57,138 nt of DNA from the NCBI GenBank assembly GCA_963575745.1, contig CAUYUJ010000044.1:62001-119138 (forward strand). Direction: 5' to 3'. The position numbers and the translations under genes are program-made. Origin of the DNA: Prorocentrum cordatum (taxonomy: Eukaryota). A model generated the notes under the pieces. The model was not told the origin of the DNA and made no database searches. It saw nothing but the letters and a program-made list of their open reading frames with translations. Shown one piece after another: positions 25,227 to 37,900 of the stretch (positions are counted from its first letter, which is position 1; every line of letters starts with the position of its first letter).

Positions 25227-25713
25227 CTGGAGAGGGGACCTTTTCAAGTTCCCTCTCCAGTTGGAACGCGCGGGAAAGTGAACCTTTGCAAGTTCCCTTT
25301 CCCGCTGCTGGAGAGGGAACCTTTTCAAGTTCCCTCTCCAGTTGGAACGCGCGGGGAAGTGAACCTTTGCAAGTTCCCTTTCCCGCTGCTGGAGAGTGAA
25401 CCTTTGCAAGTTCCCTCTCCAAGGGAAAGTGAACCTTTTCAAGTTCCCTTTCCCGCGAATGAAGGGTGAACCTTTTCAAGTTCCCCCTTCACTCCGACGA
25501 CAAGGGGGGACAGGGAACCTTTGCAAGTTCCCTCTCCCGCAGCTAGAGACGTCGAACCTTTTCAAGTTCCCTCTCCAGCCCAATCCTGCCACGAACGGGA
25601 AAGTGAACCTTTTCAAGTTCCCTCTCCCGCAGCTAGAGAGTGAACCTTTTCAAGTTCCCTCCCCAGCCCAAACGAACGCGGGAGAGTGAACCTTTTCAAG
25701 TTCCCTCTCCCGC
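25227..25713 (+). repeat. Array of 12 palindromes with 12-14-bp arms and an 8-bp spacer CTTT(T/G)CAA
   Basis: Example unit 25308-25341: CTGGAGAGGGAAC-CTTTTCAA-GTTCCCTCTCCAG. Units start at about 25227, 25270, 25308, 25351, 25389, 25423, 25460, 25507, 25542, 25596, 25632 and 25678. Confidence 0.95.
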
Positions 25714-25759
25714 CGACGACGACAAGGTTGGCCAGCAATTGGACGTGGGCAAGTCGAAA

Positions 25760-27110
25760 GAGAATATTCAGGCCGCAGGAGCGAGTTCCCCTTCGATCCT
25801 CCAAGTGACGACAAGAGACGGTCCTCAGACGGGACTACCCGCACCGCCCACAGACAAAGTTCCCGCTTGATACTTCCCCCTTGTTCAGGCCGCAGGAACT
25901 GAGGAGCCCAAAAAGCTCGCTCGGATGACCCGCTCGGGTTCGAACATGAAGTGCGTGCCCCACAGGGATGGAGCGCCCGCCTGATACTTCTCCCATATTC
26001 AGGCCTCAGGAGCCCAAAAGCGACGACAGTTACAGGTTTCCGATGACCCGCTCGGATTAGTAAGATGATCTGCGGGCCCCATAGGGAGGGGGCTTCCGCC
26101 TGAGACTTCCTCGCAAGTCACGCACAGACGAGGCTCCAGCCTGATCCTTCTCCCATATTCAGGCCTCAAGAGCCCAAAAGTGACGACAGTTACAAGATTC
26201 CGATGGCCCGCCTCGGATTAGTAACATGATCTGGGGGCCCCATAAGGAGGAGACCCCCGCCTGAGACTTCCTCGCAATTCACTCACAGACGAGGCTCCCG
26301 CCGGATACTTCCTCCAAATTCACGCCCCAGGAGCCCAAAAGTGACGACAGTTACAGGATCCCGATGACCCGCCTCGGATTGGTAAGATGATCTGCGGGCC
26401 CCATAGAGAGAGGCTCCCGCCTGAGACTTCCTCGCAATTCACTCACAGACAACGCTCCCGCCTGATACTTCCTCCAAATTCACGCCCCAGGAGCCCAAAA
26501 GTGACGACAGTTACAGGATCCCAATGACCCGCCTCGGATTAGTAAGATGATCTGCGGGCCCCATAGGGAGAGGCTCCCGCCTGAGACTTCCTCGCAATTC
26601 ACTCACAGACGACGCTCCCGCCTGATACTTCCTCCAAATTCACGCCCCGGGAGCCCAAAAGTCACGACAGTTACAGGATCCCGATGACCCGCCTCGGATT
26701 AGTAAGATGATCTGCGGGCCCCATAGGGAGAAGCTCCCGCCTGAGACTTCCTCGCAATTCACTCACAGACGAGGCTCCCGCTAGATACTTCCTCCAGATT
26801 CACGCCCCAGGAGCCCAAAAGTGACGACAGTTACAGGATCCCGATGACCCGCCTCGGATTAGTAAGATGATCTGCGGGCCCCATAGGGAGAGGCTCCCGC
26901 CTGAGACTTCCTCGCAATTCACTCACAGACGACGCTCCCGCCTGATACTTCCTCCAAATTCACGCCCCAGGAGCCCAAAAGTGACGACAGTTACAGGATC
27001 CCGATGACCCGCCTCGGATTAGTAAGATGATCTGCGGGCCCCATAGGGAGAGGCTCCCGCCTGAGACTTCCTCGCAATTCACTCACAGACGACGCTCCCG
27101 CTTGATACTC
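25760..27110. repeat. Satellite array: about 7 x 160-bp units preceded by shorter diverged units
   Basis: ctgagacttcctcgcaa at 26100, 26261, 26421, 26581, 26741, 26901 and 27061. Each unit has a 41-bp internal subrepeat. Confidence 0.97.
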
Positions 27111-27207
27111 GAGTGAGTGACGGACTGACTGAGTGATGTGTGACGCCAACGGATGATATCCTCATGTGATGATCATGATGAGTGAGTGAGTGAGTGAGTG
27201 AGTGAGC
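27111..27207. repeat. (GAGT)n/(GACT)n tetranucleotide tail after the satellite
   Basis: gagtgagtgacggactgactgagtga and (gagt)n at 27179-27206. Confidence 0.8.
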
Positions 27208-27759
27208 GATCGAGTGGTGTATGGGTAAGTGTGATGGTGCTGAGGAGGAGAGGCGTGGGTCATGATGATGATGACTGATGATGATGATGGCGAGAAAGAG
27301 GAAGAGAGAGAGAGAGAGAGAGGGTGTGAGATCCTGCGCGGGGGGTGTGCAGAGAAAACAAGAACCCCACTTTGGATGTGGGGAAAAAAGATCCCAAAAC
27401 TAATACAAACATGCCCCACAAGTAGTCTGGGGGCCCGACATAAGACCATCTCCACCTCCACCGCTTCGGCGTCGTGCCCTGAGATCACGATGCGCAGTGG
27501 CTGTGGAGACCTGCCCGCCCGCGTTGGCGGGCGGGTCTCCACATCCATCGCCCCCCGAGTCCGCAGGACACGACCCGGCGGCGGTGGATGTGGTCACGCT
27601 GTGGCACCGCGAAGGGGCGGACCTCCTCAGAAAGCCCGGAAGGCCTCGGGCCTTCCGAGAACTGTTCCAGGCCGGAGGGCTTCTCGGAAGCCCCGCCGCC
27701 TTCTGAGAAGGCCTGCTCATTCTCATTTCGCCCACGGTCTCACCGCCTACATGTGACAA

Positions 27760-28898
27760 GACGACGGCGACGACGACGGCGACGGCGACGGCGACAGCGA
27801 GACGGCGACGGCGACGGCGACGGCGACGACCACGGCGGCGGCGACGACCACGACGACGACGACGACGATGTCGGCGGCGGCGGTGGCGACGACAGTGGCG
27901 ACGACGGCGGCGGCGACGACGACGGCGACGACGACGACGACGTCGGTGTCGGCGACGGCGTCGGCGACGGCCACGGCCACGGCCATGGTCACGGCCACGG
28001 CCACGGCCACGGCCACGGCGACGACGACGACGACGACGACGAAAGAACATCACCCCCCCTCCCCCCGTGGGATGGCCGATGCTGGGTATGAGGAGGACTC
28101 GGGGGCAGGAGTGGTGAGGAGGGGTGGGGGAAACTGATGGAGGGTGACGCACCAAAGCTGTGGGATGGAGAAGAGGAGGCTTCAGTGCTGACTTCGTGGT
28201 GGACAGCCCTGGTGGCGTCGAACTATTTACCACGGTGGATTTTCTCTCGTCCCCCTCCTTCCTCCTCCCTCCTCCTGCCTCTTCCTGCTCCTCCTCGTCG
28301 TCGTCGTCGTCCTCCTCCTCCTCCTCTTCCTCCTGATCCTCCTCCTTCTCCTCCTCTCTTTTCCGCCTCCTCCTCCTCCTCCTCCTCCTCCTCCTCGCAT
28401 GGGTCCGAGCGGCCTAAGTCATCATCATTTGGCACACGCCCGAGCACGACTACAGCAACAGAAGACAGCAACAGTAACGAGCCTACCCGCCCAGCAATAC
28501 GGCACCACCCACATACGGCAGCATCGACCACAAGCGCTCCTCGTCATTTTCCTCCTCCTGGCGGCCTGTGCCTGCCGAGTGGGCTGCCCATCCACTGCAG
28601 CCGTGTCGGCGTCCCTCTCACCCAGTCACGACTTCTATCGCCTAGCACTTTGCCCACTTAGTCCTCCTTTGCCCCTTCCTCCTCCTCCCCCTCCTCCTCC
28701 CTCCTCCTCCTCCCTCCTCCTCTCTCCTCCTCCTCCTCCTCCTCCTCCTCCTCCTCCTCCTCCTCCTCCTCCTCCTCCTCTCCTCTACATGTCTCGCACG
28801 CGTGGTGTACCACACACGAGAGACGATGGAGACTACGGCCTCGTTCACCTGGCCTCAGACAGGCTCGGGCACTGTCCGCATTGGTGCTTGTTGGCTCG

Positions 28899-28934
<36 letters not shown>

Positions 28935-28968
28935 CTCCTCCTCCTCCTCCTCCTCCTCCTCCTCCTCC

Positions 28969-29013
<45 letters not shown>

Positions 29014-30583
29014 CTGTAAATCTCCAGCACCTCTTCCTGTGTACCTTCCGCCCTGTCCTCGCCCCCCAGGGGGCGGGGTGGGGGTCGAGGCAGGCTTCCG
29101 TCGGGAAGGCCCGCCCACAGAGGGCGATTCTGCCCGCCACTCGCTGCCGCCGCCGCGCCCGAAGGCAGATCCCGCCCCCGGCGTCATGGCGGCTCCCCGT
29201 GGCTCCGGCGCAGCCGAAGGCGCGCCTGGTGGAAGAGGAGGAGGAGGAGGAGGAGGAGGAGGAGGAGGAGGAGGAGGAGGAGGAGAGGAAGAGGACGAGG
29301 AGACCGAGGAGGAGGAGGAGGAGGAGGAGGAGAGGAGGAGGAGGAGGAGGAGGAGGAGGAGGGGGGAGGAGGAGGAGGAGGGGGAAGAAGGAAGGAAGGG
29401 AGGAAGGGAGGAAGGGAGGAAGGGATGAAGGGGATGAAGGGAGGAAGGGAGGACGGGAGGAAGGGAGGAAGGGAGGAAGGGAGGAAGGGAGGAAGGGAGG
29501 AAGGAAGGGAGGAGGGAGGAAGGGTGGAAGGAACGGAGGAAGGGGAGGGAAGGAAGGAGGGGAGGATGAGGAAGGGAGGAGGGAGGAAGAGGAGGAGGAG
29601 AGGAAGAGGAGGAGGAGGAGGACGAGGACGAGGACGAGGAGGAGGAGGAGGACGAGGACGAGGAGGAGGAGGACGAGGACGAGGAGGAGGAGGAGGAGGA
29701 GTGAAAAGGAGGAGGAGGATGATGATGAGGAGGAGGAAGGAGGACGAGGAGGACGAGAGGAGGAGGAAGAGGACGAGGGCGAGGAGGAGGAGGTGCAGGA
29801 GGAGGAGGAGGGCGGAGAGGAGGAGAGGAGGAGGAGGAGGAGGGAGGAGGAAGAGGGAAGGAAGGAAGGAAGGAAGGAAGGAGGAGGAGGAGAGGAGGAG
29901 GACAACGAGGAGGACGAGGAGGAGGAGGAGGAGGAGGAGGAGGAGGAGGAGGAGAGGAGGAGGAGGAAGAGGACGAGGAGCCGAGGAGGAGGAGGAGGAG
30001 GAGGGGGAGGAGGAGGAGGAAAGGGACGAGGAGACCGAGGAGGAGGAGGAGGGAAGAGGAGGAGGACGAGGACGAGGAGGAGGAGGAGGGAGGAGAGGAG
30101 GAGGAGGACGAGGAGGAGGAGGAGGAGGAAGAGGAGTGAAAAGGAGAAGGAGGAGGATGAGGAGGAGGAGGAGGAGGAGGAGGAGGAAGGGAGGACGAGG
30201 AGGACGAGGAGGCGGAGGAAGAGGAGGAGGACAAGGAGGAGGCGGAGGAAGGAAGGAAGGAATGAGGAGGAGGACAACGAGGATGACGAGGAGGAGGAGG
30301 ACGAGCAGGACGAGGACGAGGAGGACGAGGAGGAGGCGGCGGATGCTGCTGATGATGATGAAACTGATGATGATGATGATGCTGATGATGATGATGATGA
30401 TCATGATGCTGATGATGCTGCTGCTGATGATGATGATGCTGATGCTGATGCTGATGATGATGATGATGATGCTGATGCTGATGATGATGCTGATGCTGAT
30501 GGTGCTGGTGGTGGTGGTGGTGCTGATGACGATGACGATGATGCTGATGATGATGATGCTGATGATGATGATGGTGGTGGTGG

Positions 30584-30651
<68 letters not shown>

Positions 30652-30686
30652 CTGCTGCTGATGACGACGACGATGATGATGATGAT

Positions 30687-30767
<81 letters not shown>

Positions 30768-30774
30768 CTGATGC

Positions 30775-30848
<74 letters not shown>

Positions 30849-30885
30849 CTGATTTTGATTATGATGATGTTTCTGATGATGCTGA
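27760..30885. repeat. Compound microsatellite region: (GAC/GGC)n, (CCT)n, (CGT)(CCT)(CAT)n, (GAG/GAA)n and (GAT)n, with short unique islands
   Basis: GAC/GGC at 27760-28042, CCT at 28250-28780, CGT-CCT-CAT at 28900-29011, purine tract at 29232-30340, GAT at 30341-30885. Confidence 0.95.
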
Positions 30886-30922
30886 GGAGGAGGAAGAGGA
30901 GGCAGAGGATGAGGAAGAGGAA

Positions 30923-30940
30923 ACCGTACTTTTGGCTCAA
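30923..30940 (+). other. Dinoflagellate spliced-leader relic
   Basis: ACCGTACTTTTGGCTCAA versus the SL DCCGTAGCCATTTTGGCTCAAG. A weaker second copy (ccatgtcgctcaga) follows. Confidence 0.7.
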
Positions 30941-33900
30941 ACCATGTCGCTCAGAGTGGCTGGCGCAACCCAGGGGCTAATTTTTCACGTGCTCGGACGG
31001 CAGGCCCGAAACTCCGCACGACATTTCTCCTCCAGTTTTTTACACGATGTCTTTGGGTCAATATTGGCGGAACCGCAGCGGGACAAAGGCCTGCACCTGG
31101 ACCTGCAAGTGCTTCGAGGCCAAAGCGTCTTGGAATATGTTTTTATGCTGTCGCCGTGGTAAACACAAGTCGTCGTTGTCGCACCAGGATCAGCAGCCCA
31201 GGGACGAGTTCAGACCGAAGAGCGCCAAGAGAAAGAAAAAACGACGTCGTGGAGCCCAGTCCAGCCAGCCTCAAGGTGCATAACCAGGCTACGTGGAGGT
31301 GCAGCCGATGCGCCCCACCTAGGTTCGGAGCAAGTCCGCCACCAGCACCACCAGCAGCGGCAAATGCAGCACTTGCAGCAGCCGCAACAAGTGGCGCGGC
31401 GGGACCCCAGCCTGGGGCGTGCACAGCACCATCTGCGACACCGCCCAACGTTTCGTGCCAACCTATCCAGATCTGCCACCAGGGCCCTGTTTCATGTCGA
31501 AGCTCGGAAACAGGGGCTAGTCAGCTAAGAAGGCTCTCGAGTCCTCGTTGCAGGCCAGGCCCTCCGCTCCGACTGCACGTCGGCTACGCCGACCAACGCC
31601 ACGATTCGAGCAGCAGCAGATCGATTCACCAATCACCAGAAGCAGCTCGAGCGCCCTGGGAAGCAACTCGAGCTCTACCAGCTCAAGGTGGGCAGCGCGC
31701 GCACCCGCTTGGAGCAGCAGGGAACCCTCGCCCGTCAGGAAGAGGAGGCCATCGAGGAGACAAAGACCAATATCGAGGCCGGCCCACCGGTGAAGGCTAA
31801 CCGAAGGCGGCTACAGCTCAACCTTGTCATGGTGATCGTCTTGCTGAAAATTTGGTGGCTGCCGGGGCCAGGATGGCCAGCGCCGTGGCTCCATCCGGGC
31901 AGGACGAGATCACCGCGCTCTTCGACCAGCTCACCTCCATCCTCGCCAGTGAGGTACAGGTGCCCGTGGGCGAGGACGGCGCCGGCGAGCAGCAGCAGCG
32001 CGCCCCAGAGGCCCTTCTCGAACGTCCCATGCCGCGGCCCGCGGAAGGCGGAGGCAGGAGGAGGATACTCGGGCCAGGATGCGCTCCCCAGCGACCAGGC
32101 CAGTGACTGGGGCAGGAGCACCTGCGGCCGAGGCAGCGCCAGGCAAGGCGGTGCAGCCGGCGCGCCCGACGAGAGGGTAGCAGCGTGAAGTTTGCCACCG
32201 TTAGTGCGTCTTCTAGGGGCACTGCTAAGAACTTGTTGGAGGGGGTGCCCCGTGACTTGGACGTGGCTTTCACCCGGGAGCATAGGCCCGGAGTCCAGCT
32301 GGTTTCAGAGATCCAGCGCGCTCTCAGTCTTCAAGGGTGGGCAAGTCGGAGGGCATGTTGAGTCGCCTCGCGCGGTCGTAATTCCGGGGCGGGGGGGGGG
32401 CGGTGGTGCTTAGTGCGCCGTCGCTGAGATTCGCGGCGGGTTTCTGCGCCCTGGAGTGTTGTAGCTCCTGCCTGACGGCGCGGAGTCTTGGAATTGTCGC
32501 TCAAGAAAGCATGTGTTGAGTGGGTGGCATCGACGCTGGACGTGCCGACGTCTTGTTATCCAGGGCCATCGGGGGCGCGTGAACACCGGGGGTTCCCGTC
32601 GTCGCGGGCGGCGACTTCAACGTGGGCCCCTGGGCCCAAATTGTCTTCTTGAGGCCCGACATTTACAGAGCTGAGATCTTCGAGCCAAGCTCCTGCGTGC
32701 ATCATTGGGGGCGCGCGTTGCGCGATCGATTGTTTAGTGGGTCCGATGCTCGCCATCACTTTTGAGCTTCTCGGTCGACGAAGGGGCGAACGTGCCGGCG
32801 CGCGCGCCGGCGCTGCGCCGCGGAGCGCGTCCGGGTTCAAAGGTTCAATGACTGAAGCAGCGCCGGAAGATTCCAGGTGAGGCCGTTTCGGGGCCGTGAC
32901 CCGAACCCCAGGCTATTCTGACATGGCCCAGGCTGTTGCCAGCTTGCTCGAGGTCTTTCGCCGTCCGCCAGGAGAAAGCTTCGGGGCCCCCAGTGCGGTA
33001 GTGGCGGCGAGAATGCCTTCCCCCGGGCCGCGATCGACCGCCCCTGCCATTTTGGACGGCCAGGGCGCGTGGAGGAGTCAAAGCGAAGCTTCAATCCGCG
33101 GATACTGCGGGCTTTGAGGGGGGCCAGAGCTTACAAGTTGAGCGAGTGCGTCTGTCCGAACTTCTGATCACCTCGCGGGGCCCGTTGCCCAGCGTAAGTA
33201 GATGTTCGGCGTGGATGGCAGGGGGGGCGCAGTTGCTGAGGGGCCTGGTCGCCCAGGCGAACGCGCGGCAGCTTCTGGGCCTTGCAGCGCGCGCGCGCCC
33301 AACCTGCCTGTTCGAGGAGGCCCACTCAGGACCATGCGGGGGGCCCGCGGCAAGTTCTGGCGTCCGTTCGCCTGCGAGATAGTAGGCGCCATGTCGCTCT
33401 GCGACGAGAGCCAGCTGCGCTTCCTCGCCCCCGCAGATGCACGGGTGCGTTTTTTGAGAGACATGCGAACTATTCGCATTTATGAAGGAGAAGAAGGAGG
33501 TCAACGGGTGGCGGGGGGGGGGGGCTGGCGTGAGGGGGCTTTTACAGGAAGATCTAGGCGATCGCATGGCGCCACGAAGGTCGCCAGCGGGCTCGTCGCG
33601 GACGCCCTGCAGCGCCCAGATGGGGCCCGCGCGACTTTCATCGCTGCCCGTTGTCAGGAGCAGTGCGAAACGTGGTCAAAATTCCAACGCGCCCGAGGAC
33701 AGCTGGGCCCCGGCGGATCTAGGCCCAGGGCAATTCTGGAGGACGTCGTCTGGGTTCAAGTTGACTTCGCGCCCGTTGACCGGTGCCATCCGAAGCGCCC
33801 CCTGCAGCTCTCGGAGGGCGCCCTGGAGGCGATTTTTTTCTCTCGAGCGCCGTGATCATCGTAGGCGCGAGCCCGACTGCTCTGCAAGAGTTGGTCGTAG

Positions 33901-34700
33901 CCTTGTCTCGCATGCAGGCGGGCGGCAGGCGGCCCATCGGTTTCCTTGGGAGTTCTAGCAGTAGCTATTCTCCAAGCTTGCGCGCCGTTGCCGACCATGG
34001 GGGCGCGTTGCAGCTGGGCCTTATCGTTTCGACGTTGCCCCGCGTCGTCGCGCGGCAGACTCAGTCAGGCGAGCGGCGGCGCGCGCGGATATTGCAGATC
34101 GCGAAGGTAAGTTTGTTTTGATTTTATTTGCAGATTTGAGCAAGCGCGACGAGCGCATCGGCCGCGATATGATGGCGTCGGAAGGACGTCGTGGTTACTT
34201 CCCGCTTGTACCGCGTGAGCTTCTCTACGCCCCCACCGTTGGCCGATGGAGCCCCCGATGGGCAAAGTTGTGGGGGGGTGGTCTGCCCGCGGCGAGGAAT
34301 GGCAGCGGGCTCTTCGACGGCGACATTCGAAGTGAGAGTTCGCGTGCTACCTATCCGTGAAACGCAGAAATGTCTGAAGGCACGGGGTGATCGAACCATA
34401 TGGATGACGTCTCGTTCGAGTCGATCGCCGACGCGATAGTTGCCTTCCCAAACAAAGTCGCGGTCTATGCGGGTCGCGCATGCCCCCCCGTTCACTGGCG
34501 CTTTGGAGCTCCCCGTCCATATGCAAATTTCACTTCCTACAGCTTGGGTCATGATACGTGGCCCCCGAGGCCCCTGGGGGGTGATCGGTGTCCGTCGCGG
34601 ACTCCGTCGCGAATCTAGGCGCGGACGTTAAGGCGCGGTCAGAGCTGCCTAGGGCGGCGCGCTAAGCAGCATGCTAGATGGAAGGCCGATCGCAGAGGGT
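30923..34700 (+). mobile_element. Highly degraded non-LTR retrotransposon (ORF1-like region, APE endonuclease, RT)
   Basis: Motifs in the expected order: WRCSRC (~31294), coiled-coil-like EEEAIEETK, VAFHREH (QEH-like, ~32262-32283), GGDFN (32607-32621), AIDCLV (~32722), GGRRPIG (33921-33941), LFADLSKRDERI (~34124), GMAAGSSTATF (~34296), HMDD (34397-34408). The right end is approximate. Confidence 0.8.
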
Positions 34701-35001
34701 TGCTACAATCAATTCGGCGTTTTCGGGATCACGCTCTTGGGATGCCCCACTGGGTCAAAATCTTCACTCGCGGGGCGAAGCCGCTCATCTGCCGCGGGGG
34801 GGGGGGGGGGCGTCTGGGGGCGCGCGCTGCGGGCAATCCAGGGGCGCAGAGTTGTGCCTGCCAAGTTTTTGGGTGCGTGGTAATCGGGCGCAGGCGTGGA
34901 CTTGCGCTGGCCGTCTAAGCCGTCGGCCGACATGCTGCGCCGAGCCTGCGCTGCGCTCTGACGGTGCTGCCACGAGCGGTGGGTGACCGCAGATGCCCGG
35001 G

Positions 35002-36410
35002 TCGCTTCCGACGGCAATGATGACGACGACGGCGCTCCGCGTGGTTTTATTGGACAGGCGTCTTGCCTCCAGCACGGGCGCGAGGGCATGGGGATAAGGT
35101 CGACGCGCGCGCGATGGCCTCTCTGGATTGGGAATCTGAAAACAAAAGCAGTGTTTTTCCTTAGAATCCGCAATGGCGCGCGGGATGACATGTTGAAAGT
35201 TTTCCTTTGAAGAACATTTTTTCTGTGTTTTACATTGGGGTCGCAACCTCAACAGTGGCGCTGGAAGGCTTTCGTCTTGCGCGCGCGCGTGGTCCGCGTG
35301 GTATTATTTCATGGGGTTCGTGCGTTCAGCTCATCTCGGATCTACGCGCGTGCGCCGCGTGGCATTATGTGACGGGGGCGAGGGTGGGGGCGATGCTGGG
35401 ACTAGCCGGGGTGGCATGAATTCACATGGGCAATGAAGAGGGGGTCAGAATCACATGCAAGTTGAAGCGCCCCATGGGGTGGTGGTAATATCCCGGGGGG
35501 GGGGGTCTCATTTTCTTTCGGGGGGGGATCGACCGCGCTGCGCCGCGCGCAACCGCCGCGCGGGCTCGTGCAGACCTCCCACCCTCCCACCCGCATCTTG
35601 GTCGGCAAAACCCATGAGGTCGCGACTGCAGTTGCAGCGTGGAGATCGTCCGAACATTTCATCGAGCTCACTGGCGCGCGGGCCCATGCGGCGCAGGCGA
35701 AGTCCATCTTGCGAGAGACACCGTGGACGACAGCGTCGACGAGCGACGGCGAGGTGGTTGGCAGGACTCATGAGGTCTCGCAGTTGCAGCGTGGAGCTCC
35801 TCCGATTATTTCATCGCGTTCATTGGCGCGCGGGCGCTCGTCGCGCGGGCGAAGTCAATGTCGCGGGAGACAGCGCGGGCGACGGCGTCGACAGTCGACG
35901 ATGATCTGATCGCGACGCTTCCGACGGCAATGATGGCGATGGCGGTGCCCCGCGTCGGCTGATTTGACAGGGATCACGCCTCTGGCAAGCGCGCGAGGGC
36001 GTTGGAATAAGTTCGACGCGCGCGCCCGTCGCGCGCGCGCCCTGGACTGGGAGCTTGAGCGGGATGAAATGCGGGGAACTTTTGTTGAACGAACCCCATT
36101 TTTTTTTTGTTTGAAAAAAAAATGTTTTTAGGTTGAAATCGCAACGAACACATGCAAGGTTTTGGAAGGCTTTCGTCTTGCGCGCGCGCGGGTGGCCCGC
36201 GTGGTAGTATTTCATAGGGGTTCGTGCATTCAGGTCATTTTAGATCAACGCATGTGCACCGCGTGATATCATCAGGCAAGGATGAAAGGGGGGATCCGAT
36301 ACCGGGAGTAGCTGGGATGGCATGACTTCATATGGACAATGAACAAGGAGGCGTAGTCATATGTAAATTGCAATACCCCAGGGGGGAGAGGTCATCCCGG
36401 GGCGGTGGTG
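35002..36410 (+). repeat. Diverged ~500-bp direct repeat (35002-35505 and 35916-36410) enclosing a ~155-bp tandem duplication
   Basis: Shared cgcttccgacggcaatgatg, ggaaggctttcgtcttgcgcgcgcgc and tatttcat.gggttcgtgc. Internal catgaggtc.cg…cagttgcagcgtggag at ~35613 and ~35769. Confidence 0.9.
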
Positions 36411-36429
36411 GGGGTGGAATCGAATTTCG

Positions 36430-37440
<1,011 letters not shown>

Positions 37441-37661
37441 CGTCCTGTTTCTCTTTGAAGCAGTTTTTTCCCAACCTCCGTCGGGGAACCCCGGGTGGCC
37501 TCGCAGGCGTACGCCGCGGTCGTGCGCCCGAAGGCCTCGGCGGCGACCGTGGCCGCGGGCCAGGAGCGGGCGCCGGCGAAGGACCTCTCCGGCGCGCGCG
37601 CCCACGCGGGCGCGATCGCCGCGGGGACCCCGACTATCGTCAGGGTCGCAGACATGATTTT

Positions 37662-37900
37662 AGGCCTCCCAGCTGAGGTCGGAGTAGATGGGGTCGGAGG
37701 ATCGCGCCGCATCGCCGATGCATCGGCGATGCATCGCCGATGTGGCTCGATGTGGAGCCCGATTTGCTTCGCGTCGGCGTCGCCGATGCGTCGCCGACGT
37801 GGTCGATGCATCTCCGGTGCATCATCGATACATCGCCGATATATCGCCGCTGTATCGGCGATGCGGCGCGATCTTCTGACCCCACCTACTCCAACCCCAT
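37662..37900. mobile_element. Family C palindromic MITE, copy 2
   Basis: aggcctcccag…agatggggtcggaggatcgcgccgcatcgccgatgcatcggcg…gatcttctgacccca, colinear with 11581-11800. Confidence 0.75.

Noticed and set aside
25227..25713. CRISPR array (palindromic repeats with variable gaps)
   Set aside because: The gaps are only about 0-16 nt, irregular and partly repeated, the variable parts are palindrome arms, there are no cas genes, and the context is eukaryotic.
25981..27110. Hammerhead ribozyme or tRNA/5S/SL RNA gene array in the 160-bp satellite
   Set aside because: There is no CTGANGA plus GAAA core in a suitable arrangement, no cloverleaf and no SL exon. An Rfam scan would settle it.
27364..27383. 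CCCCAC-N7-GTGGGG hairpin as a transcription terminator
   Set aside because: The context is eukaryotic and there is no upstream gene; it is more likely the end of a small repeat, but only one copy is in the window.
35002..36410. LTR pair of a small LTR/TRIM element
   Set aside because: No TG…CA ends, primer-binding site, polypurine tract or TSD were found; it is better described as a diverged tandem duplication.
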